Below are positions 11,099 through 21,833 of a stretch of DNA of 64,000 bases, one piece after another; the stretch's first letter is position 1; every line of letters starts with the position of its first letter. The notes under the pieces were generated by a model. It did not search any database, was not told the origin of the DNA, and saw only the letters and a program-made list of their open reading frames with translations. The translations under genes and the position numbers were made by a program. This stretch comes from Octopus bimaculoides (taxonomy: Eukaryota): assembly GCF_001194135.2 (NCBI RefSeq), contig NC_068991.1, forward strand, positions 6,619,561-6,683,560, written 5' to 3'.

Positions 11099-11366
11099 CT
11101 ACAAAAGAAATGAAAATCAACAAATGAGTGACCATTAAAATAATAGATTTGATTTTGAAGGAGAACAAAAAGTTCTAAAAAAGCTGGATAGCAATTTGCA
11201 AATTGCTATCCAGCTTTAAAAGAACTTTCAGAGGATGTAGAAGTATCTACTGCAGAATGGGTGAATCGCTAAAGCAATATATCTGATAAAAAGAGCAGAA
11301 AATTTCATTTTTCTCAAGGGCTGCCTTAAATCTAGTCCTATTTTATGATCGAAGTGACCAACTTAC

Positions 11367-11611
11367 CTTGGTTTTTCTTGAGTGCTCATTTGCCGCCTGA
11401 TGTCATCAATCCATAACATAAGGTCTCTGACCATATTAAAGAATCTATAAAGGTCACTGGCATCAGCAAGTCTCATTCGTCGGCTCTCAACCATTAATTG
11501 CAAGTTACGCCAGGCGTTAACCACATCAGATTCCCAATTCTGAATCTCTCGTGCCTTCTCTCCGGCATATCCAATTTGAAGGCAAGCTGATTCCTCTTGA
11601 ATTAAATGAAC
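11367..11611 (-). CDS. beta-Spec: Exon 34: VHLIQEESACLQIGYAGEKA...MSTQEKP
   Basis: 245 nt, AAG/GTAAG, phase 0 to 2; contains the conserved YAG loop of repeat 15. Confidence 0.96.
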
Positions 11612-12019
11612 CTTTAAAAATATTTTAAAAAATATAAATTAATCAAACTGAAAAACGATAGCCACGAGAAAATTTCCCATTTCAAAGAAGCAAGCTAAAA
11701 TTATAACCAACACTTGGCAAACAATCTTTTCTGGTTTCTGTAGGAAAACTGTGTTGAGTAATTCTCTTAATGTTACTGATACTACATAACTAATTAGCTA
11801 TTTACAATGGAATGTTTAACAATTTAGTCAATGGTTTGATTTGAAAATGCATCAGTTTCTGACAAGATGCAAACTCTAAAATGCAGGCAAAGTCAAGTGC
11901 ATATTACACAAAAAGACTGATACATTTAGGGAACAAAGGTACTGAAATGCAGTTGCTTCTTTTAACTGGAGCTAAATATTTAGTGCAATGAAGATCAAGC
12001 TATTTATGAAATACAACAG

Positions 12020-12120
12020 AAGTCCGATTCTGGCTTCAGCCTGGCTGGTTCTTGTGGTACCAACTGTCCCACCCATGTTATCATGGAACACGGACGTTTG
12101 ATGATGATGATGATGATGAT
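12020..12120 (+). mobile_element. Family B 3' fragment with (GAT)n tail
   Basis: acccatg...ggacgtttgatgatgatg. Confidence 0.65.
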
Positions 12121-12165
12121 GGCAGATGAAAATAGTAAAGTCAAACCAAAACCAAAGAAACTTAC

Positions 12166-12276
12166 TTGATTTCCAAGAGTAACTAAATCGTGTTCAAAGT
12201 TAGCATTCTTTCTTTGAAGAACAGCAACACTTTGAGCATCTCTTCCAACTTCTTCAGGTATGTAGTTCTTCTTTTC
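12166..12276 (-). CDS. beta-Spec: Exon 33: EKKNYIPEEVGRDAQSV...VTLGNQ
   Basis: 111 nt, AG/GTAAG, phase 0-0. Confidence 0.96.
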
Positions 12277-12524
12277 CTGTAATAGAAAATGCAATTAGAT
12301 AAAAATAAAATAAAAAAATATTACAAATTATGTAAATTTAGAATATGGGAAATAAGATTATGAAATTTGTTATGAAACAAATCACTTAGTTTTTTTTCTT
12401 TTTTTAACTAAATTGCCCATTAACCGAATTTTGAAATTTCTCAAACATGCTTAATGCAGGAAATTACTTGCAGTCAATAACTTTACCAACTCAATATTCC
12501 AGCAGAAAAGTCTTTCAAACTTAC

Positions 12525-12788
12525 TTGGATTCTTTCCAGAGTTTCTTTGCAATCGTGGTTAAACTTCCATAATTCCCATGAAGCTTGCAACATCTGTGTG
12601 CGGGTGTCTATTAACTCTAGCAAATCAGTCCAGGCTTCGTTCAAATTATCTTTCCATTGAGCAATAATTGGAGCATCAGAGTGCTCAGCTACAATCAAAC
12701 TATCACAGATTTCATTTGCTGAGGCCACACGATCTTGTCCAAAGTTTTCAGTGTCTCTAGCAAATTCTTTAAATCTTTCTTTTAGAGT
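12525..12788 (-). CDS. beta-Spec: Exon 32 (ankyrin-binding repeat 14): TLKERFKEFARDT...WTDLLELIDTRTQML...ERIQ
   Basis: 264 nt, AG/GTAAG, phase 0-0. Confidence 0.97.
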
Positions 12789-13269
12789 CTGATAAGATTG
12801 TAAAAGGAAAAGGGGGAAAAAAAAACAAAAAAAAAAACTCAATAATGCATGATCTTTCAAGACAAATTTAAAATATCAAATTACTATTTATGGATATTTT
12901 TCACAGAATAAGAACAATGGTAATAAATCTACTTTGTTTCAAAGGACATTGAAATAAATATTAATTCCACATTTCAGATGAAAAACTAGTAAAGTTTTCT
13001 CTTGTCACCATTTTTCCATACTGGCATGATCATGAATTAGATGTAACTTAAGATTTTCTACAGCCTGGTCTTTTTGTTGCCAGCTTTACTTGTATTCCAA
13101 GTCAGGTACTTTTCCATCCGACTGGTCCCAGATGGCTGCTGAATTACCAAACACTCATTCACTGGAGAAAGTAACCAGATGCCATAGTCTTTTTGCTCCG
13201 CCAGGACTCAGGACAACATGCTGGATTGATATTTACACATACACACAAACATCTTTTTGATTTCCATCC

Positions 13270-13405
13270 AATATCTCCGTTCACAAATCATTTGTCAGCT
13301 CCAGGTTATGGCAGAAGACACTTGCCCACCCACAATGCCCTGCAGAGGGGTGAGACACAATCCAGATTACATGGTTGCGATGTGAACTTTGTAACCATAA
13401 AACTG
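13270..13405 (-). mobile_element. Family A fragment (reverse)
   Basis: gaagacacttgccca...acatggttgcg, reverse complement of the family A head. Confidence 0.55.
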
Positions 13406-13556
13406 TGTAGACATGTATTTATGTAGTCACAAAATAAGGCTTAATATTTAACTAACTATAAAAGCATCTCAGTTGGAGTTCATTATGAAAAATATATTAA
13501 TTCCTACAAAATGGTTATAATTTTCAATCAGATTAATTAAGTCAAACCCAACTTAC

Positions 13557-13586
13557 AGTTACATGCTCATATTCTTGACCAAGTTC
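13557..13586 (-). CDS. beta-Spec: Exon 31, 3' remnant only: ELGQEYEHVT (remainder lost in N gap)
   Basis: GAACTTGGTCAAGAATATGAGCATGTAACT|GTAAGT matches the conserved ELGQDYEHVT motif and abuts the gap. Confidence 0.93.
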
Positions 13587-13612
13587 NNNNNNNNNNNNNN
13601 NNNNNNNNNNNN
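13587..13612. other. Assembly gap (26 N) cutting exon 31
   Basis: N run directly abutting coding sequence. Confidence 0.97.
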
Positions 13613-13801
13613 GGCAACAAAATTTTTTTTAAATATTTATTTGCATTTATTTGACAAAAGTAAATCAAGATTAAATTAAAACTAATATTTGTTTCATAGG
13701 TGTGATTGCCAAGTAAGTGATTAGATCTGAGACCACGTATTGAAATTAAAACAATTACAGCCAAGCCATTCAAAAACACACGATTTCACTCAAATTTATC
13801 G

Positions 13802-14099
13802 GGTGTCAAAATTTTTGTTGCACTATCTGGTCATTGACACAGTGTGAATGGAATCTTTTCTGTTTGGCTGCACTTTTTGAAATGTTAAAATTAGAGTGAA
13901 AATTTTCAAATTTGGTGTATTGATGTAATTTTTCATGCTGAATCTCAAAAGATAATTTACTTGTTCCAGAAAAAAGGTTTTTTTAAAAAAAAATCAGAGG
14001 TTTAAAGTTTGATCATTTGGCAGCCAAACATACTTTGAATGCAAATGGAACTGTATCAGTGACCAGGTTGCAGTTGGTGTGACAAAATATCTTGACACC
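13802..14099. mobile_element. Foldback/MITE-like element with about 70-80 bp imperfect terminal inverted repeats
   Basis: ggtgtcaa/ttgacacc ends; ctggtcattgacacagt vs actgtatcagtgaccag; tgtttggctgc vs gcagccaaaca. Confidence 0.7.
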
Positions 14100-14220
14100 A
14101 AATAAATTTTTAAGTCAACAGTTTTTGTGTATTTTTTGAACAGCTAATATGTCTTCTATGCTGTAAATATTTTCCTTATTTTTACATTAGAATGAAAAAT
14201 AACCAAAGAGATAATCTCAC

Positions 14221-14429
14221 CTTTCTGGATGTTCCTGTTCAATCAAATTTCTGCTTCTCTCACCCAACTGGCGGACAACATCTGCATAGTCCTCAACAGC
14301 GGATTCGAGATTCTGGTGTTTCTTAAGCATATTTTGTGCACCAATTTCATCTTTGGCCCGTTCCTCACCCATCATGTAAAGTTCTTGTTCACTCATCCAA
14401 GATTCTGCCTCAGAAGTATCTTGATAGTA
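14221..14429 (-). CDS. beta-Spec: Exon 30: YYQDTSEAESWMSEQELYMM...EQEHPE
   Basis: 209 nt, AG/GTGAG, phase 0 to 2. Confidence 0.96.
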
Positions 14430-14829
14430 CTAAAAAAGACAACAGAGGCTTCCAACAATACATGAATTATTTGAAAAAGCAGTTTTTTTTAATTAAGAGA
14501 AAAAAAATCCCTTTTGTCTGTCCAAAGCATTTCCATAAGTTTGTCTTAAATGCATATGCTTGTTTTCAAAAATTATAGTTAGCCCTTGTTTCATATGTTC
14601 AAAGGAATATAAAACTTTCCTTTCTAGAGTCCCAAGTTAATCTGTTGGTTGAAAAAGTTAGAAATGCGTATCATATATGATGCATGGTTGCCAGGAAAAT
14701 ATGTCCTGCATATTACATGTGATACTCAGGTCAGACAAAGGGCTAAAAAATTTCTTTAAAAAAAAAAAAAGGGAAGCAAAAAGCAGCAAGTCACATTTTA
14801 ATAAAATGTTACTAATTGTTCTCACATAC

Positions 14830-15030
14830 CTGTTGGGCAATATCTGAGAGCTGTAGGCGAGCTTTCCTTGCATCCACAGCATCCTTTAGAGTTTTCCACT
14901 TACTGCTAAGGTCATCAATGTGTTGTTGGAATTCATCAGCTTGTGGATGTTGTTCATTAACCAATTCTTGGCCAACAGCAATAACAGAATCAATACGGGG
15001 TTCGTGGTTTTCAATTTCTGTTTGCAATGA
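14830..15030 (-). CDS. beta-Spec: Exon 29: SLQTEIENHEPRI...LSDIAQQ
   Basis: 201 nt, AG/GTATG, phase 0-0. Confidence 0.96.
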
Positions 15031-15237
15031 CTAAAGAAATGAAAACAAAATGGAAAATGCCTATAAATATGTATTTGCACTGAATTAGAAAAAATTGGGA
15101 AAGAGAACCTCACTATTTCAGATTACATTTTACAACTACTGTTAAATTTAGTCTACACTATCGGGTTCCATCAAAATTATTCTTTAAAACTGATAATCAG
15201 ATCAGTTAGCAAATCATGTAAAGTAAATCAATGTAAA

Positions 15238-15377
15238 GTGGTTGGTGTTAGGAAGGGCATTCAGCTGTAGAAACCATGTCAAAATAGACAATCGGAGCCT
15301 GGTGCAGCTGGTCGGTTCCTGTCAAACTATCCAACCTATGTTAACATGAAAAACAGACATTAAATGATGATGATGAA
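15238..15377 (+). mobile_element. Family B SINE-like repeat
   Basis: gttaggaagggcattcagctgtagaaacc...ttaaatgatgatgatg. Confidence 0.8.
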
Positions 15378-15385
15378 CTACTTAC

Positions 15386-15572
15386 ATGTGTTTTCTTCAT
15401 TAGTAACTGAACACTAAGAAGGCTGTTGCCATAGTTGCCAGAGGTTGCCAGGGGCATCTTTTCTTCAACCCACATTTTTTCATCTTCAATATCACGCTGA
15501 AACTGATGAATTCGTTTGACTCTCTCAAGTTGAGATCGTCTTACTAACAAAGGTGCCTGAATTTTCATGAAC
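15386..15572 (-). CDS. beta-Spec: Exon 28: (R)FMKIQAPLLVRR...QLLMKKTH
   Basis: 187 nt, AG/GTAAG, phase 2 to 0. Confidence 0.96.
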
Positions 15573-15693
15573 CTGCAACATAAAATAATCCAAGTAAATT
15601 ACTATTGAATGTGTGCATGTGTGCATATTTATGAATTACTAATTAGCATTTTGATAACAGAATTTTCAAAAGTTAAAAAAACTGATATTTTAC

Positions 15694-15824
15694 CGCTCAG
15701 CAACCGCCACTTTGCGAGCTTCGATTTCAGCCTCCTTATTAGGATCCATAGTTTTCAGGTAATTAGCTTGTTTATCAAGTTCTAACACTTGGTTCTCTTT
15801 ACATTTCATCTGGCCTTCCAATTG
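15694..15824 (-). CDS. beta-Spec: Exon 27: QLEGQMKCKENQVLEL...KVAVAE
   Basis: 131 nt, AG/GTAAA, phase 0 to 2. Confidence 0.94.
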
Positions 15825-15941
15825 CTGTTTAACAGAAATATACAAATTAAAGATATAAAAAAGCAAGGAAAAAAAAAAAAAAAAAAAAAAGAATTTTTAA
15901 TCAAACATTTAATTAACGTAATTAAATTAAACAATACTTAC

Positions 15942-16205
15942 ATTTTGCCTCTGCATTTGAATGTTCACAGTGGTTAAATCTCTACCAAATTCTTCAGTAA
16001 CAACTTGGGATTCCAGCTGTTGAATCCAACCATCAATGTCATCACAGCTCTGTTCGTAGAGGACTGAGCGATTAGCATCAAACAACCGCTCACCCTTATC
16101 CTTGGTGGTGTTTTCGAGCTCTTCCCATTGATTGCTGAGACTCTCAAGAACGGGACCAACCTGCTCAGCAGCTTCTGGTTTATCTTTCAACAAACCTTCA
16201 CCAGC
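15942..16205 (-). CDS. beta-Spec: Exon 26: AGEGLLKDKPEAAE...IQMQRQN
   Basis: 264 nt, AG/GTAAG, phase 0-0. Confidence 0.96.
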
Positions 16206-16629
16206 CTAAAATAGAAATATTAAAATTTTTTTTTTTAAACAGATCAATATTTGGAAACCTATTTTTCTAATGGGGAAAATATTCAATTAAGTCTCACAGA
16301 TCTATAAACCCCACATATTTAACAGACATCTTTCAAGTCTTCACAGCCCATCTTGTTTACTCTCAGCACTAAAAGCTCTCACCTCAACTATTGTCTATAA
16401 TTTTATAATCATTTCTCTTACAACAGTCTCTGAAATATAAATTCTATTTCAGCCTGTCACTGAAGTTTATTTTGCAGATCCAACAGATGGTTTCCAAGCC
16501 ATTTTCAACATCATGTACTGCAATCAAATTTGATTTAACAATCAATAGAAACTTTGTTTATTTTAATGTTGTATATTTCCTAGAACTAACCTCCCCTTCG
16601 GTTTGAAAGTTTCAAAATGAAGAGGGGGG

Positions 16630-16708
16630 GGTGCTGTGCAGTGGAACTGAACCCAAGACCATATGGTTGGGAAGCAAACTTCTCAACCACACAGTCATGC
16701 CTGCACTT
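16630..16708 (-). mobile_element. Family A 5' fragment (reverse)
   Basis: Reverse complement reads gtgcaggcatgactgtgtggttgagaagtttgcttcccaacc. Confidence 0.7.
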
Positions 16709-16791
16709 ATTAAATAAAGTAATTAGAGTTTATATGACAAAATTACACTTTAATTGGGCAAGATAGAGAACAAACAAAAAAAAAAAAGTAC

Positions 16792-16938
16792 CTCACGAAG
16801 TTTCAAAAGTCGATCTTTATTAGCTGCAATTTCAGATTCAAAAGCTTGATGTCGCATATATTTGCTGTGCAGGTTTTTAGCATCACGATAAGTCTCATCT
16901 TGAGCAGCTGACATTTTATCTTGAAGCCAGTCTCGTAA
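16792..16938 (-). CDS. beta-Spec: Exon 25: LRDWLQDKMSAAQDETYRDAKNLHSKYMRHQAFESE...LRE
   Basis: 147 nt, AG/GTACT, phase 0-0. Confidence 0.96.
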
Positions 16939-17036
16939 CTAAAAAGAAAATAAAAGTATTTCGTATATTAAACTCTCCCAAACGATATGAGGGGAAAATA
17001 TGAAATTCAAAAGGAAAAATATTAAATAATATTTAC

Positions 17037-17127
17037 TTCTTCACAGTCTTGGAAGAACTGTTGTAGCATTCTCTGGTCTTTAAGGCGTTCCAGTTGTTCA
17101 TATGCACGTTGCCTGTTTGCATTACGC
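17037..17127 (-). CDS. beta-Spec: Exon 24: (R)RNANRQRAYEQLERLKDQRMLQQFFQDCEE
   Basis: 91 nt, AG/GTAAA, phase 2 to 0. Confidence 0.95.
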
Positions 17128-18222
17128 CTGTAAATGGGAAAAAGATTTTTTTTCTTTAAATTACAGGAAGGTGGTTGTGGTTTCAATACTCTTCATAAAC
17201 AGATCTGCTCAAAAAAAGCTGACCTGGGGCTAAACTACAACAGTATACACTTAAATCAATAAACACACAAATATGGCCGTGTGGGGTTTTGGATCCCGTG
17301 TGCAGCACCTTGGGTAAGCATCTTTTAATAAAATCCTGAACTGAAATTGCTGGAAATAGTAATTGGAGAAAGCTGACTGACTACCTTAAGAAGAAAGAGG
17401 GGGAAGCAAGCTAATGATAAAAGGCATTCAAGACTACTTTTCAGGCCAAAGCATAAGCCTTTATGTGGTAGAACAGCTTGTTAGAAATAGCAGCTAAAGC
17501 AGCTCTCAAATCATTCTACCTCCTTCAAAATGGAAAGATACGTTAGGGAGAGAGGGAACACATTTTCAACATATAGCCCTTGACATACAAAACGATGGTA
17601 AAGTCATGACTGCAATACCTTTCATCATAGGTAAGGCTTGGGAGCTAAACAACATGAACTAATGACAGAGCCTTAGTGGTTGCTCAAACTGCTAGAAATA
17701 GTTGCCAAATATCCCCTCAAATCACAAACCCTACAGTTTGAAGACAAAGACAAAAAAAAAAAAAAAAAAAAAAAAAAGGCACATTGAATAATGTAGCCCT
17801 TGATATACAAATAAACAGGATGGTCATGACTGGAATGCTTTTTTATCACAGGTCTGCTTTATCAGAGCTAACCTGGGTCCAAACAAAGACAGTTAAAGAC
17901 CTCCTCTTTACAGTAACCTAATGATGGAGCTATTGAATAGTTGCAGGACCTGCTAACAATAGTACCCAACTTACCCTCAAATCACATACCTTAATCCTTC
18001 AGCATTCAGATTTCTTTGTCAAATGTAATGCATATTTATCCACATTATTTTAAATTAGTCATGTATGTTCTTTCTATAAGGGAAGCTGGGGGAAGAGAGT
18101 GAGAGAAATCCCCCTGGGTCTTGTATGTTAAGTTGGGCCCCCAATAAGCTAATTTTGACCAATGCTGACTACTATGTAGTCTGCAGATTTTTGCAATTTC
18201 ATTTCACAAACATTGTCCTTAC

Positions 18223-18395
18223 CTTTCGTTGATGTTTTCTGCTTTCTTGCTGATTTTGTCAGCAGCATGGTTGTTGTCTTCGATAAGTCTGTGTCCAAAT
18301 TGCAAAACGTTGTTAATTTTCTCATCATTTGCATCCATTGTGGTGATAAACGCTTCATGTTTTTTAATGATATTTTCAGCAGCTTCCAATGAGTT
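18223..18395 (-). CDS. beta-Spec: Exon 23: NSLEAAENIIKKHEAFITTMDANDEKI...AENINE
   Basis: 173 nt, AG/GTAAG, phase 0 to 2. Confidence 0.96.
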
Positions 18396-20184
18396 CTGAA
18401 GGGAGAAAGTTTGTCATAATAAGTAAGGAAAAACAAAATAAAAAAAAACCCATACAAAAAAAAACAAAAACATTAGCCAACATTAACAAGTCAAACAGAT
18501 TAAACTAGTATTTATCAACATCTTAATTACTATTATTATTAGTAGTATTTAGAACAATTGTAATATCAGTATTTTTTTAACGTACATCTATGCAATAATT
18601 TATTTAGAATGTAATATACAACATTAAAACTGGTTCTGGAACAGTTTTAATAATACTTATTGTTAATTTAATAACATAGTGAATTTTCTAACAAATTTAG
18701 TGTTTTTTTTAAAAATAAAATATGTAAATGTATGCCATATATGAACCAAAATATTGATAAAAGTAAATTTTAATACCTCATAGGAATGAGGTATTAAAAT
18801 TCATTGTTAGTTTCATCCAGATTTAAGGAAATAATTAACTGCAAGGCAGTTTGAACTGGGTCTTAACCAGCAGCAGCAGTATTAATTAGCTGCCAGCCAA
18901 AGGAGAAAATTGGCAACTTGATCTGCTTGGATTTTTTTTTTTTTTAAATCTTAAAAACAGATGTTAACATTTAAGTGGCGACAGGAATTTTAAATGAAAA
19001 AGCTATGGCTTTATATTAGACAAATAGACTTGACATATTTTTCATTTCTTTTATTTGTAAGCACCAATAGAAATTCTTACAAGAGGTAAGAATTGTAGTT
19101 CAGTTATGTGCACATAGGATGTAATTATTAACGTCTAAGATTAAAGATATTTTAATTGAATTAATATTAAACGAAATAGAGATCTAAGAACATGTAGGAA
19201 TCAAATACAATATAAAAACATGTTTTAATAAAAACCATCAAACATCAATAAAGCTGTCAGAAAGAAAGATTCCTACCCCCTTCATGCAAATAGAGTTTAT
19301 TTCCTGAAGAAATGTTACTACCACTAGAAAAGGAGGAAAAAAAAAAATGGAAAAAAAGTTTAACTATCCAATCATTTAAAAATTGAACTATTAATGTCTG
19401 TTACAAGAAACTATTTTAAAAATCAAATTCTTAAAAATAAATCACAATGAGGTGAAAATTAATCTCCTTTTCACAGTTGCGTCCAAAAAAACATTCTTAA
19501 TTAGTGCCATTTACCACTAGTAATCTAAAATATTGAGATGCTATAGCAAATGACCAAAAATCTAAAACATAACCAGTGAAACTAGAATGAAGGACCCTAG
19601 AGGTAAATAGAACTTCTGTCAGAGACACATGAACCAATTTGTTATTTCAAAAAGAGTATTAGCAACTCCTTAGCAATTTAACCAGGACATTTCAAGTCAT
19701 CAAGCTGGCAGCAAAAGTTGTAGGAAATGAGTTCCTTCAGTAACAGTTTTGCTCAGATTTGAAATAAAAATTTTGACTCGAGTCATCATATTTTATAATC
19801 AAACAATTTGATTATATAATAAAGATCATTCTAATCTTATGCTAAGCAATCATGTCACTGGAAAGTGTTATCTATACAATACTCCACTAAGTCATTAAGA
19901 ATCAAGCAGTGATTGAAATATAGAATAGTTCTAATCATAAATGTAAAAATACTGACTAAATCTTTCTTGACAGCATAATTAACCAAATAGACAAGATTAA
20001 GTGTCGTTATACAGGATTAGTTAGGTATAGAAAGAATGTTATATTAAAGCTAAAGAGTAGCAAATTCATCTAAAATATATAACTACGAAAAGACAATTTC
20101 ATTCTCTCTCATGCGTGAAATTTATTTCAAAATAATAATAACGGTAATCCTTTTGCCAAAATCCTCAAATTATTTACATATGAG

Positions 20185-20221
<37 letters not shown>

Positions 20222-21788
20222 TCTTTTCTTCCCCTTTAATAATTAACTATTTCAATAGACTATTGAAAAGAGAAACGTTTAAAATTACACACAAGCAATT
20301 ATGACCCTCCCATTACGTTTCCTGAACAGCAATACAAAAAAAAAAAAAAACAAAAAAAAAACAAATCCACACCCATCACACAAGTACAGTATGCTGAAAA
20401 GCACAACAACAATGTTCAATAAAAAAAAAAACAAAAAAACAATATTGAGCTAACAGAGAACAAATTGAAACAATTTTAATGATAGGCACATAGAGATTAC
20501 AACACTGCAGAAATATATGTGCCAAGAATATAGATAAGGACAGACATGCCATAGAAGATGGCAGGAGCTTGAAAAGACTTGAAAACCAGAAATTAATATA
20601 ACATTGTTTTAAATGCATACAATTTACACACAAACTTTAGCTGTAATAATTACTGATAGCAACAGAATGAAGATATTGTCAGTGAAGAATAGTTTTATAG
20701 CAATTAATAGAGAAGTTGGCAAGAAGATAAACAAGATAATTCTACTTTCATCCAAGCAGAACACTTTTAAAAGAACAAATTATAAAGTTAGTGAATAATA
20801 CACTTGTAACATTAGTATTCAAAGTTTAATGAGAGAAACTGAACTGGAAGAACCTTAACAACCAACCACCAGTTATAAAATCCACATATATGAATCAGAA
20901 ACAAATTTAGTTTGAATATTGAAGAGTAACCAAAGCAATTAAAGAGTTTTAGAGAGACAGAGGAAAATGGAGCAAAACAAAAAAAAGAAAAGAATGAAGA
21001 ACAATTGTATCAATAATAATAAAAAAAATTTAAGAAAGCTAACAAAACAAACTGTTTTTTATTTGTTTTTTTTTTCTCTCTTTTAGACCCAAAAGGAATT
21101 TAAAACAATTTTTGTTAGTTTTTTATCCATCAATTAATTTCTCTTAGCATAATAGAGTTGGCAGGACAGTTATTAGTCACAGGAACAATATACAAGTTAA
21201 TTCTGCTAAACTTGATTTCACAACTTAAAAATCTACAACTTGTGAAACAATGATTTAGGGGGGTGGGACAAAAATTAACGGTTAGAAATTAAAGCAAAAA
21301 CTGAACATATAAACAGCATTTTGTATTCTTTTGTAAATTATTATAATTAATACCAGATCCTTATCTGTTTCAAATCTATAATTAATAGTTAATAATTTTC
21401 TTAATCTTTAAGACTATTTAGTGACATATGATCCAACACCAAAATTCTGTTAATAATGACATGAGTAAAAGATGAAATACAAAACAAAAAATCCCACTGA
21501 AAGAATGGTATTAAGTAATTCCAACAACACACCAATTCACACTTATATAGCAAAATGCCAAGGAATATGAAAATGAGTGAATCAAAGTTAGAACACTTCA
21601 AGAAAGAAGTACTGAAGTAGAATGTTTTAGAAACGAAGAAAAATTAATAATATTGGTCTAGATTTTAGCAAAATTGCATATTTATCTGAATATGTTGAAG
21701 ACAATATACTCAATGTGCATAAGAAAAATCTGAAAGAGATAGAAGAGGAAAAAAATGGAGAACTGTGAGCAGATATCAACACACTCAG

Positions 21789-21833
<45 letters not shown>

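Noticed and set aside
15378-15385. SINE tail only about 8 nt from the exon 28 donor
   Set aside because: The GTAAGT donor is intact, so no effect is evident.
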